Origin: an uncultured Acidobacteriaceae bacterium
GTDB taxonomy: Bacteria > Acidobacteriota > Terriglobia > Terriglobales > Acidobacteriaceae
Assembly: GCA_963759875.1 (NCBI GenBank)
Contig: CAVXBB010000016.1
Location: 745,579 to 809,578 of the forward strand
DNA: 64,000 nucleotides
Direction of reading: 5' to 3'
Both the position numbers and the translations under genes were made by a program. Shown here one piece after another: positions 46,883 to 56,426 of the stretch. Below the pieces are notes generated by a model. That model was not told where the DNA came from and ran no database searches. It worked only from the letters and a program-made list of their open reading frames with translations. Position 1 is the stretch's first letter. Every line of letters begins with the position of its first letter.

Positions 46883-48321
46883 ATCTCTAACGACGTCGGT
46901 CCTGTCAAGGGACTTGGGCTTTTGGTTTTTGTAAGTTTGGACACACGTTTCTCTACAGCGCATACGCACTGGTCTCTTTCGAGAGAGTGACGGTCGTGCT
47001 TCTTTGATAATTTATATCCAACCGCATGGCTCGGCCCGTTTGACTTCATCATTGTGGTGGCGTAGCCCACCAGACATCTCTTCGGTCACGCTCGATCATG
47101 ATGTGTTGTGCAAACTCCCCTCCCATCGGGGAGGCGGGTAGCCTATTCAGTTAACCCGGTCACTGCTGCGCAGGACCACTGTTGAAATCAGGCATCCCCG
47201 CATGGGCTTTCCCCGTCTGCCGCAACTTTCCGCGGCGGCAGAACTCTTTGTAATCAATCTCGTCGCGCATCATGATCCATAACCGGATACCCAGTTTGCG
47301 TGCCGCTGCGATCCTCGCCTTACCCATTCCTTTTTGGATGAGCTTGCGCCGATAGAAACGTTGCAGCTCCGGGTCTTTCCGTACCGTTGACATAGCCGCT
47401 TCCGTCCACAGATAACGCAGCAGCGAGTTGCCTTGCTTGCTCATCTTGCCCAATCGTTGCCGCTTCCCGCTGGTGTGCTCACACGGGATCATCCCGATGT
47501 AGCTAGCCACCTGGTTGGCGGTGGCGAAGCGACTCGGGTCTCCGAGAAACACGTCGGTGGCCAAAGCCGTCACTGGTCCCACGCCCGGATGCGTCAATAG
47601 CCGGCGTGCCGGGGGCCTTTGTCGGGCCTGCGCTTCCACTTCTTTATCCAGTTCTTGGATTCGTTTCTGCAACTGTACGTACAAGCTCAGTAGTTCGGCC
47701 CGTCTCTGACTTGTGTAGGGTGGCAGAGGCAGTGCCTGCAGTGCGCTCTGCCCTGCCTGACTCCAGAGCGCGTGGCCTTGGCGCAGGGCGTGATTGAGTG
47801 CGATCGCCTGCAACGTGTGCTGCAATCGCGCTCGCATCTTCACCCACTGGTGCCGGTCCCGCAGCAAGGTTCGCAAGTCCCGCTCTTCGGTCGAGGGCAT
47901 CCAAATCTCCGGAAAGCGGTCTTCGATTAGCAGTTCCAATATCAACCGTGCATCCCGCCGATCGTGCTTCTGCTTGCGCGTCTCTTTCGCTCGAATCTTC
48001 GCCGGGTGCCCCACTCGGCATTCGATGCCCAACTCTTCCAGCAGTTCCAAGAACCACTGCATGGATCCCGTGGCTTCGATGCCCACCACCACCGGACCTT
48101 CCAGGGCTGCATAAAATGCTCTTACCGCATCCCCCTCGTGGGAAAGTGTTTTTTCGGTGAACTCTCCGGTTTCCGTGTCCACCATGGCTATGGTTTGTTG
48201 TCTTGCGTGCAGATCGCATCCTACAATCTTCATCTCGGCCTCCTTCGTCCCGAGCCTTTTGGGTTGGATCCCGCAAAGTCTACTCGGTCCGTTGTGAGGC
48301 CGACGTCGTTATGACATCAGT
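46883..48321 (-). mobile_element. IS110-family element (IS1111-like layout), complete copy
   Basis: The 5' end is defined by comparison with the second copy at 63727 (identity stops at 48321). Subterminal inverted 12-mers TAACGACGTCGG lie at 46888-46899 and 48300-48311. The 3' end is inferred from the TTGAAA flank and is good to about 3 nt. Confidence 0.75.
47160..48233 (-). CDS. IS110-family transposase
   Basis: 357-aa ORF with MKIVGCDLHARQQTIAMV, VVGIEATGSMQWF and LLTHPGVGPVTALA...VASYIGMIPCEHTSGKRQR. Confidence 0.92.
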   Translation of the reverse strand: MKIVGCDLHARQQTIAMVDTETGEFTEKTLSHEGDAVRAFYAALEGPVVVGIEATGSMQWFLELLEELGIECRVGHPAKIRAKETRKQKHDRRDARLILELLIEDRFPEIWMPSTEERDLRTLLRDRHQWVKMRARLQHTLQAIALNHALRQGHALWSQAGQSALQALPLPPYTSQRRAELLSLYVQLQKRIQELDKEVEAQARQRPPARRLLTHPGVGPVTALATDVFLGDPSRFATANQVASYIGMIPCEHTSGKRQRLGKMSKQGNSLLRYLWTEAAMSTVRKDPELQRFYRRKLIQKGMGKARIAAARKLGIRLWIMMRDEIDYKEFCRRGKLRQTGKAHAGMPDFNSGPAQQ

Positions 48322-48371
48322 TATCATTAGAGATCATCCCCAAAACGCGATGCGACCTTGCTGTGGTGTCG

Positions 48372-49046
48372 TTACGGCTTCAGTGCAGTTTTCAGTAGGG
48401 CTTGAACTCCATTCCACGTGATCTGTACGCCGATGCACAGCAAGACGAATGCGATCACGCGAAGGATGCCGTGGGCCGTCTCTGAAGACACACGCGCCGT
48501 GATTGTTGGTGCATGGCCATAACAGAAGTACACAGCTACGCTCAACAACACAACCGCAAGCGCAATCCCCGCGTGCGCAGCGATGTCTGGAAGCGTACCC
48601 CTTACCGAGGCGTGGGCGCTCAAAGTCACCATGACCACAATGGAACCGGGCCCCGCTGTAATGGGAAACGTAAACGGGTAGAAGATTTTTCGCTCCAGTG
48701 ATCCGAGGACCGGCCCGTCCATCTTGGCCTGCGCCTCCTGCGCCTCTTTCGTTTCCGGCTCATTTTGACTCAGTAGGTTCCAACCCATGGCCGCCAGCAC
48801 GAGTCCGCCAGAGACCTGCATGACAGGCAGAGAGATACCAAAAAACCTTAGCATCGCCGTCCCGACGAGTTCTATCGTAAGCAGGAAAATGGTTGTGCTG
48901 ATTGCTATCTTCAGCGCAAGCGTCCGATACACGGCAGGAGGTGCAGCCCCGACGAGGCTCATGAATATCAGCGCATCGCCCAGCGGATTTACCAGCGGCA
49001 CCAGCGCGCTGAAGGCAAGCCCGAAAAACTTACTCAATTCCGCCAC
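48372..49046 (-). CDS. MarC-family (UPF0056) membrane protein
   Basis: 224-aa ORF with FSALVPLVNPLGDALIFMSL, six TM helices and FTFPITAGPGSIV. Confidence 0.88.
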   Translation of the reverse strand: MAELSKFFGLAFSALVPLVNPLGDALIFMSLVGAAPPAVYRTLALKIAISTTIFLLTIELVGTAMLRFFGISLPVMQVSGGLVLAAMGWNLLSQNEPETKEAQEAQAKMDGPVLGSLERKIFYPFTFPITAGPGSIVVMVTLSAHASVRGTLPDIAAHAGIALAVVLLSVAVYFCYGHAPTITARVSSETAHGILRVIAFVLLCIGVQITWNGVQALLKTALKP

Positions 49047-49212
49047 AGGACAGCAGGATATAGGTGTGGTTCGTATATGCGGACTGTCAAGACTTGCAGT
49101 AGCGGTGACTGATTTTGAGGCCTTTTGTTTTGCTATCCGGCGGAGGCATCGGCCTGAAACGTTGGAGTCGATTGCTGAGAACAGGCGATTTCACGTTTTG
49201 ACCCCGTTCTGA

Positions 49213-49774
49213 GTGAAATCGCGATTTTACGCCAGCCAGACTGGTGTACACTCCGTTTCGATGAACGCAATTCCTGTCATCTTGATGGCGGCGCTTGGAG
49301 TGCTCATATTTTACGTACTCCATGCGTCTGACCGCAACCGTGCAGGTGCGATTCGGGCTTTCGCCATTCGTTCCGGGATGCATTATCTTGGGAACGCTCT
49401 ACCGAAATCCTTGACGCTAGAAGGAACGCCGTTTCATCACGCTTTCAAAAGTCTGGAACGTGGTTAACGGGGAACCACGTGGAACCAGAATCATGGCTTT
49501 TGATTGTCAAGTTGGCGTGGGCAAGCATAGTTGGCGACGCACTCTGATAGCGGTAGAAAGTGATCACAATGTTCTGGGGAATCTGCTGGTGCATCCCGAT
49601 ATAACAATTGACCGTTCGGGCCGATGGCAGATTCTCTACCGTCCGAAGGCCCCCTCCTTCAGCTTTCGCATAGCTGGACTTACTCCAGTCGAGGAACTGG
49701 AAGCGAAGTTGAACGCCGTCATAGCCGACTCGGCGCGAAAAGCACTGCGTGAGCCAAACTGGGATCATTTGTGA
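49213..49774 (+). pseudogene. hypothetical membrane-anchored protein, one frame break near 49455
   Basis: ORF 49213..49467 (TM helix IPVILMAALGVLIFYVL) continues in ORF 49460..49774 (...RIMAFDCQVGVGKHSWRRTLIAVESD...). Confidence 0.4.
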
Positions 49775-50015
49775 CGGCGGGGGATTTTGAGCGATATGGC
49801 GATTTATCAACAGTTAGGAAAAATCGGAAGTGTCACTCTCATCTACCCGATTAGTGCCATCCCCTTCCGTGCCATTCCCTTGTCTGCAGGGATAAAGCTA
49901 AGCTTCAGCCAAACAAAAATCGCCTTGCAGCAACGAGTGAACCGCGCCATTTTGTGAAGCTCTTAGAAGTTGCATTCAGCAACCTAAGGGGATTTCGGGG
50001 GTTCAACTCCGTTAA

Positions 50016-50459
50016 ATGGGAGCTTTCATGGCCGCATCCATTCGGGTTCTTGTGGTAGATGATTTCGAGCCTTTTCGACGGGTCATCCGTTCGATTCTGC
50101 AGAACAACTGGGATTGCCGAAGCATACTGGAAGCATCGGATGGAGCAGAAGCGGTCAAGTTGGCACAGGAACTGCAACCGGATTTAGTTTTGTTGGACAT
50201 CGGACTTCCAATGCTAAATGGAATCGATGCCGCTCGACAAATCCGAGAGTTTTCCCCGAAGTCAAAAGTCCTGTTCGTAAGCGAAAATCGCTCTTGGGAC
50301 ATCGCACAACAGGCCTTGAGCACAGGGGCGGGCGGGTACGTGGTCAAGTCGGATGTCGGAAGCGAGTTCGTGACCGCTGTGAACGCTGTTCTTCGTGGTG
50401 AAAAGTTTATCGGTAGCAGATTTGCGGGTCACGACTTCAATGGAACATCTGATGGATGA
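50016..50459 (+). CDS. stand-alone CheY-like response-regulator receiver
   Basis: IRVLVVDDFEPFRRV...PDLVLLDIGLPMLNGIDAARQI...KVLFVSEN...GAGGYVVKSD. Confidence 0.88.
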   Translation: MGAFMAASIRVLVVDDFEPFRRVIRSILQNNWDCRSILEASDGAEAVKLAQELQPDLVLLDIGLPMLNGIDAARQIREFSPKSKVLFVSENRSWDIAQQALSTGAGGYVVKSDVGSEFVTAVNAVLRGEKFIGSRFAGHDFNGTSDG

Positions 50460-50515
50460 AACCCTTCCGAAAAAAAACTGTTCTATTTGCGTCCGTGCAT
50501 TGTCCGGCTGGCCAC

Positions 50516-50722
50516 TTATCCCGAAGTGCCTTTGGACATCGCGAGGCGTCCCAATTCGGCCTTAGGGACGGAAAACTCTGCGAATCCACAATCCAAGCAG
50601 ACCAGAACTTGTGGAAAAATCATCACGGTAGGCCTGCTTAGACCGTTCCACCCCGGAAAGTGAACGTTCATCTCCACGCCGAACTTTTGTTGGTTGTCGG
50701 AATCGCATTGTCTACAAGCCAT
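50516..50722 (-). CDS. small zinc-ribbon protein
   Basis: From Met 50722: MACRQCDSDNQQKFGVEMNVHFPG...VLVCLDCGFAEFSVP. Confidence 0.4.
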   Translation of the reverse strand: MACRQCDSDNQQKFGVEMNVHFPGWNGLSRPTVMIFPQVLVCLDCGFAEFSVPKAELGRLAMSKGTSG

Positions 50723-51009
50723 GGCGAAACTCTCAACTAACTTTCTCATAGAGATTTTGTAAGAGTCTGTAATGGGTATCCTGAGGGTAGTAACTCCTCC
50801 GAGAGCATGGTGTGCAAGGTTAAGTCTTGACTATTAACAGCTTAGGCTACGAGTCGTCGAAAACGACGTACACAAACTTCTTGTTACGAAATCCGGAAAG
50901 AACGGTGCGATTCGCAAACACGGTAGGAAAATCCTTCTGCGCTCAGTCAAAAACCCCTTACCCTTTGCGCCGCCTAGAAGCAACTGTGATTTCTCAAGCT
51001 GACGCTAAC

Positions 51010-51120
51010 ATGAGGAAACAGAGAAGCAAGCCGAATCATCGTCGCCGAGTGCTTCGCCTGCCGGACCTGGACTATTGTAAAACTGCGGTGCTCAATAGCC
51101 TCGGATCACCGGCCTCACGC
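51010..51120 (+). pseudogene. tyrosine integrase N-terminal fragment
   Basis: MRKQRSKPNHRRRVLRLPDLDYCKTAVLNSLGSPASR resembles the start of phage-integrase-family recombinases. It is cut off at the 71-bp repeat. Confidence 0.35.
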
Positions 51121-51191
51121 CTTCATTGCCGGTCTCCTTTATCTCTTGCGCTTCCAGCGCGTCGATAACTTGGGAGCCTACAGCATCCCGT
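51121..51191 (+). repeat. 71-bp direct repeat (IS110-type 5' leader), copy 1
   Basis: Identical to 51362-51432 in my comparison: CTTCATTGCCGGTCTCCTTTATCTCTTGCGCTTCCAGCGCGTCGATAACTTGGGAGCCTACAGCATCCCGT. Confidence 0.85.
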
Positions 51192-51223
51192 CGGGAATCG
51201 GGACAGTTCGAATGTGGCCACCC

Positions 51224-51367
51224 TTACCGACCTCTACCACGATGCGGGCCGCTTTCCTCCACCACGCAGTAGTAGCTCGAACGATCACCCAAATCCAGCC
51301 CAATAGTCAGTTTCTGTGGCGAGAAATTTCTGCTCTGCTCTGCCGTTACGGTGCTAACCTTCTTCAT
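51224..51367 (-). pseudogene. IS110-family transposase N-terminal fragment
   Basis: MKKVSTVTAEQSRNFSPQKLTIGLDLGDRSSYYCVVEESG, then a stop. The start codon lies inside repeat copy 2. Confidence 0.6.
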
Positions 51368-51432
51368 TGCCGGTCTCCTTTATCTCTTGCGCTTCCAGCG
51401 CGTCGATAACTTGGGAGCCTACAGCATCCCGT
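51362..51432 (+). repeat. 71-bp direct repeat, copy 2
   Basis: See 51121-51191. The period is 241 bp. Confidence 0.85.
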
Positions 51433-51593
51433 TCGGAGACCGGTCTTCTCATCTCATCTGATTACATCAACTGTCCGGTTAGACTATGGGGAATCCGTTA
51501 TCGAGCAGCGCCGGGCAGGATGCAATGATCGCACTCTTAACCCGGCGCACTGCTTTTGGCATCGCCTAATGGCGAATTTCCTACGGTTCGGGT

Positions 51594-52118
51594 CTATGCT
51601 GCTCTCTTGACGGCAATTCTCTCCGCCATCTCAGGTTCAGCGATACTGCGCAGCCATTTCTGCGTCCGCTCAGCTAAGGCGAGCTTATCCGCGAGGCAGG
51701 TTTCCAGGAGTGCGGCGACTCCATAATTGCCAGAGATGTCAGCAGCCGCGATGAGCGTCTTGTACTCGGCTGCGCGGAAATGAGCAAGGTTGTTAAGTTT
51801 CGCGAGGATGTAGAAACGCCGCGTCTTCGTATCTTGAATATCAGCTACTTCGTTGCGGACGTCCTCGGCCAGCACATCGTAAATCCGAGTCCTCGTTCCA
51901 CTCAGCGGCACCGGCTGCTCACCGATAAGCTTGAAACATTGATCGAGGGTCTCGACGACTTTTTGCGAGATAAAGGTGCGAGCCTCCAGGGCCTGCTTGA
52001 TATCAGGATCTTCTGCGAGCTGTGCCAGGGTCTGGAAAATACTAGTCGTTTTTTCAGTGCCCCGCCGTAGATCGCTGAGCATGAGCACGAAAACCTGTTT
52101 CGGATTCTTGATAGGCAT
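51594..52118 (-). CDS. YciE/YciF-like ferritin-fold protein (DUF892)
   Basis: 174-aa ORF: KQVFVLMLSDLRRGTEKTTSIFQTLAQLAEDPDIKQALEARTF... four-helix-bundle pattern. Confidence 0.75.
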   Translation of the reverse strand: MPIKNPKQVFVLMLSDLRRGTEKTTSIFQTLAQLAEDPDIKQALEARTFISQKVVETLDQCFKLIGEQPVPLSGTRTRIYDVLAEDVRNEVADIQDTKTRRFYILAKLNNLAHFRAAEYKTLIAAADISGNYGVAALLETCLADKLALAERTQKWLRSIAEPEMAERIAVKRAA

Positions 52119-52383
52119 TTGAAAGTCTCCTTAGATTGTTGGTTGATCGTTCTTGGTTAATTGTGAGTGATTGCCGCTAACTGTTGAAAAATCCCTATAG
52201 CTCTCAAAACCTCTGCCCCTCAGGTTAATGAGCCCTATTGCCTGATTACGGCCCAGAACACCAATGACAGGTGAAAATGTGGCGCATTGAACTGAGTGAT
52301 GGAGGCAAATGCGCCACGCCAGTAAAATCCCCTTTTGTAGCTCAACATCGGGGCGAACTTGTTGCAACTGTCACAATTGACAG

Positions 52384-52782
52384 TCAGGGAATAAAACGTG
52401 CGAGCTCCTCCGAAATGGTCAGTGGGCACATCGCTTTGGAAATAGTTTTGATCGAGTCCACCACGATTGTTACCTGTGGACCGCCCCCTGTCTCCCTCAT
52501 GGAATGCGAACTGGTGGACGATGTATGCGATTCGGTCCCAGTCACCTCCACTTGCTGCCCAAGGCAGTGACCGATATCAGTTGTGCCAGTTGCCTCAAGC
52601 ACGTAACTGTTGCTCGGATCGGACTGCTCTAATATGTAGTGGCCGCTCGACCGGCTGACGCACCCCTTTACTGTGACCTGCCCATTTTGATTCTTTGGCG
52701 GCTGCTGAGACTTGCCTTGATTGGCATACGCCATAAGCCAGCCGCCGGAAAACAACAGGAAGAACACGATGGTTTTTCTCAT
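52384..52782 (-). CDS. small secreted hypothetical protein
   Basis: 132-aa ORF with signal peptide MRKTIVFFLLFSGGWLMAYA. Confidence 0.55.
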   Translation of the reverse strand: MRKTIVFFLLFSGGWLMAYANQGKSQQPPKNQNGQVTVKGCVSRSSGHYILEQSDPSNSYVLEATGTTDIGHCLGQQVEVTGTESHTSSTSSHSMRETGGGPQVTIVVDSIKTISKAMCPLTISEELARFIP

Positions 52783-53179
52783 AAGCCCTTCCCTCGGTTA
52801 ATCCTACGCAGCAACACCCGAATCTGGCCTCTGTCAAAATTGTCAGTTCTCGCTCTCCCGATCTCCGATCCGCGAAACATATATCCGCTGAGGGCATGGT
52901 CAACATCAGAGACCGTCAAATGGCGTAATGTATGGCCCGCCGCCGAACTGCAAGAAGAATCGGTTTCGACGAGAACAGTCTGCGAAAATGTATCCGGCCT
53001 TTGAGTGGAGAGTGATCTCCGGGCGCACGATGATGATCCGCGCGTGCCTGTCCTTGCTAATCGCCACGGTCGTGAAAGACCTCGTTACGCCACAGGTTTT
53101 CAGGCACGTCGTTTGACTGTGTTTTCGTCGTTCCTATCGTCTGCAGACTCCCGAGAAAAGAATCAGAATTCCACTTCGT

Positions 53180-53362
53180 CTAGTTGGAAACGGCCAGTGC
53201 TCTGTGCCGCGGGTGATAGTCGTTTCCGCTCGCTAGAACTGCCCAACTGATCCTGGCCAGCTTGTTAGCGGTCGCTACGATCACCACGTTGCGTGCGGCT
53301 CTGGTTTCCAATCCGCTCATCCACGTTCCTAGACTGGAGCCTTCGCGTTTGACACGTAACAC
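53180..53362 (-). pseudogene. IS110-family transposase C-terminal fragment
   Basis: ...RNVVIVATANKLARISWAVLASGNDY is the typical C-terminal helix of IS110/IS116/IS902 transposases. Confidence 0.5.
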
Positions 53363-53868
53363 CGCAGCCCGTGCTCCATGTCATGGTTTGCTTTGTGAAC
53401 GTCGAAAGCGTCGACCGCATCATCTACTCCATCTTCCAGAGATTCAACCTGGAATGGAAAACCCGCACGCTCAACCTATTTACACAAGCAGCTTGACGTC
53501 ACCCCAGCGACACGACAAGTTGACGTAACATCTCGATTGCGCTCACAATAATGAGGTTCGGAAAGTAAACCAGGAACCGAAATTTGTAGAAGTAACGAGC
53601 ACGCAACCCACAATGCAACCCATAGTAGGTCTGACTTGCACGTACTTAGAAGGACTTACGCAGCCGCCCGTGACCTGCAAGTAGTTGAATGGATAAGATA
53701 GTCACACTCTGAAAAGGCTGCGCTCTACCGATAACCGGGGCTAGAGCTCAGGGGAGGATTGCGGGTAGCTTTCAAATGTGCGCTAAACTCGGCGGTGCCT
53801 GCTCTTCAGCATTGCACCTATCTTCTCTTCCGAAGGATTTTTTCTTCACCTTCATTCGCTTTCAAGGA

Positions 53869-54132
53869 TGTAGACGATTTTGTAGCTGTGAAAGCACACG
53901 ACTTCAACAGAGATCAACAGACTTCCATAAGGAGGCCCCAACAGGTTCAACACCAATCACTTGGAATCAACAAAATTCAACAGATTCCAATAAGCGTTGG
54001 AATCTGGTTCGGGACCAGGCGCTTGGCCGCTTCAAATACCGCTTTCATGTTTTATTGCAAGTTTCATTGCAAGTTCGGACCCACTTGAGAGCGCTCCTGC
54101 CCACTTCAAAGCCTCGAGCGTGACCCTAGACT
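53869..54132 (+). repeat. 262-bp non-coding repeat with 10-bp-phased TTCAACAG motifs, copy 1 (uninterrupted)
   Basis: About 93% identical to 63466-63729 (18 mismatches counted). Motif starts are 53904, 53914, 53924, 53946, 53967, 53977 and 53987. Confidence 0.9.
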
Positions 54133-54329
54133 ATTGAAAACTGTCGAACCCACCTGGGTATAATCTGATTCTGTATCCGATGCTCTTCGTAAGTAGATGA
54201 ATGGCCACGATTAATTTTCGCTTGTGCAAGGTTATTGCAAATTCCAGGTGGTTTTCAGTTGGAATCACGACGCGATTACTGACCACAATGGCGAAAGCCG
54301 CATCAATCCTCAATCATCCCCAATATCCT

Positions 54330-54715
54330 CTACGGCAGATACCAAGCCTGAGCCGCCGTGCCGTTGCAATCGTAGATATCGAGCTGTGTGCCGTCGGCAG
54401 TGTTTCCGTTGGGGACATCGAGGCAGCGACCGGACTGCGGATTGACAAGGCTGCTCTGGTCTCGCCAGCGCCATTCCTGCGCGCCGGTCCCGTTGCAGTT
54501 AAAAAGCTGGACGACAGTGCCATTGACGGTAGCGCCGTTGGTCACGTCCATGCACTTGCCGAGCACTCGCAGTGTTCCGTCGCCGCTGTTCTAGGTCCAG
54601 CTCTGCGCGTTGGTAAGGTTGCAGGCAAAGATCTGGATCTTGTTGCCGTTAGCGGTAGAGGCACCGGCGTCATCGATACACTTACCGGAGATGCCGCGGA
54701 TCGGGCCAGCGCCGC
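54330..54715 (-). pseudogene. ricin-type beta-trefoil lectin domain remnant with in-frame TAG
   Basis: Three QxW repeats: ...IQIFACNLTNAQSWT*NSGDGTLRVLGKCMDVTNG...NCNGTGAQEWRW...RCLDVPNG...YDCNGTAAQAWYLP. The stop is at 54591-54593. No catalytic domain lies upstream. Confidence 0.65.
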
Positions 54716-55050
54716 GATATCTGGCTTTGCCGGGCTTACGAAGTGCGACACCAGGTCGACCACCTGGGGTTGCACCAGGTGGTCTAGTAACCTGGTTTCT
54801 GAGTAATAATCCGAGAACTTGCGGGTTGCCCGTCGTCCGTCGTCTTGGTCATTCAGGGCGTGTTCACACCTGTTCGAGAAAAGCGTGACCAGAGCCCGCC
54901 CGAATCCAAGTTCTGTGGCTGCCACATGAAGCGAACTGACAACTTATTTGAAATCAGTCGCCGAGAAGTGTCAATGATTCAACTTTGGCAGTGATGGCAG
55001 GTTTTGAGTCACACTGGCGTCACAAAACCCATTAAGGAAAACTTCTGCGA

Positions 55051-56412
55051 TCACGACAACAAACCGTGTTCGCGCAGTTTGCGGTACAGATTGCGCTCGC
55101 TGATCCCGAGAATCTTGGCCGCATGTCCGCGGTGACCCTTGCTGGCTTCGAGCGCTTGCCGGATGTGCATCCGCTCAGCTTCTTGCAGTGTTGGCAGCGG
55201 GGCATCTGTCGTTGAAGGGTTCACCGCTGTCAACGGTTTAGAATTACGCAGGGCTGGGGGCAGGTGCTCCGCTTGAACGCACGAACCTTCGCAAAGCACC
55301 AGGGCCGCTTCGACCACGTGCAGGAGTTCACGCACGTTCCCGGGCCAGTTGTGCCGTCGCAGGAGTTGCAGCGCCGCTTCGCTAATCCGCTTGTTGGAGC
55401 CGAATCGCTCGTTAAGCACAGTCGCGAAGTGTCGGGCGAGCAAAGAAACGTCCTCCCCGCGGGCGCGCAGAGGAGGCACCTCCACCGTGATCGTACTGAG
55501 GCGGTAAAACAAGTCCTGGCGGAACAAGCCCTGCCGCACCATCGCAGGTAGGTCACGATTGGTGGCGGTCAGAATGCGAACATCTACTCGAACTTCTCGG
55601 GTGCTGCCGACATGGCGGAACGTGGAGGTGTCAAGCACACGCAGCAACTTTGTCTGGGTCGCGGAACTCACCTCTCCGACTTCGTCGAGGAAAATGGTTC
55701 CATCGTTGGCGACTTCGAACAAGCCGGGTTTGGCACGATCCGCGCCGGTAAAAGCGCCCCGCTCATGGCCAAACAACTCGCTCTGCAGCAGACTCTCCTG
55801 CAGAGCGGCGCATTCGATGACTACGAATGGCTTTGACCGACGGGGACTGCGCGCGTGGATCAGCCTGGCGACTCTTTCTTTGCCCGCCCCCGTCTCGCCA
55901 GTAATGAGCACTGTCGAGTCACTCGGGCCAACGCGGTCGATCAGATTGAGCAGACACCGGAATTCCGGACTATCGCCGATGAAAGTATTGCCAAGGTCCG
56001 GCGGAGTCAGGCCGCGCTCGAGGATACTCGCTCTCTGGCGCAGAGATCGCCGCTCGAGCGCTCGTTGTAGGCGAACCTGAAGTTCATCCAGCGGACAAGG
56101 CTTCACTACATAATCGCAAGCGCCGATGCGAATCGATTCGATGGCGGTATCGATCGACCCATGCCCCGTCAGCATAATCACCTCGGTGGTCGGCGCAGCC
56201 GCTTGGATAGCTTTCAGCGTTTCCAGCCCGCCCATACCAGGTAAGCGCAGATCCAGCAGGACAACTTCAGGTTCCAGCATTGCCACTCGCTCGATCGCTT
56301 CCTCACCCGTGCCCGCCGCGGAAACTTCGTAGCCTAGACGACTCAGTTCTCCTGCCATAACTTGGCGAAATGCTTCATCGTCGTCGACGATAAGGAGAGA
56401 TGGTGGCTTCAT
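55051..56412 (-). CDS. sigma54-dependent response regulator (NtrC family)
   Basis: 453-aa ORF with a receiver (LLIVDDDE...VVLLDLRLPGMGG), an AAA+ domain (GETGAGKERVARLIH, SELFGHERGAFTGA) and a C-terminal Fis-type HTH. Confidence 0.93.
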   Translation of the reverse strand: MKPPSLLIVDDDEAFRQVMAGELSRLGYEVSAAGTGEEAIERVAMLEPEVVLLDLRLPGMGGLETLKAIQAAAPTTEVIMLTGHGSIDTAIESIRIGACDYVVKPCPLDELQVRLQRALERRSLRQRASILERGLTPPDLGNTFIGDSPEFRCLLNLIDRVGPSDSTVLITGETGAGKERVARLIHARSPRRSKPFVVIECAALQESLLQSELFGHERGAFTGADRAKPGLFEVANDGTIFLDEVGEVSSATQTKLLRVLDTSTFRHVGSTREVRVDVRILTATNRDLPAMVRQGLFRQDLFYRLSTITVEVPPLRARGEDVSLLARHFATVLNERFGSNKRISEAALQLLRRHNWPGNVRELLHVVEAALVLCEGSCVQAEHLPPALRNSKPLTAVNPSTTDAPLPTLQEAERMHIRQALEASKGHRGHAAKILGISERNLYRKLREHGLLS

Positions 56413-56426
56413 CGTTCGTCCTCGCG

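Noticed and set aside
53904-53994. Considered whether the phased TTCAACAG units (and their copy at 63501-63591) could be a CRISPR array.
   Set aside because: The units are only 10 bp with no unique spacers. No cas genes are present and no 25-40-nt repeat-spacer periodicity occurs anywhere in the window.
54201-54806. 201-aa plus-strand ORF.
   Set aside because: It is antisense to the ricin-type lectin repeats (QxW x3) and has no motifs of its own.
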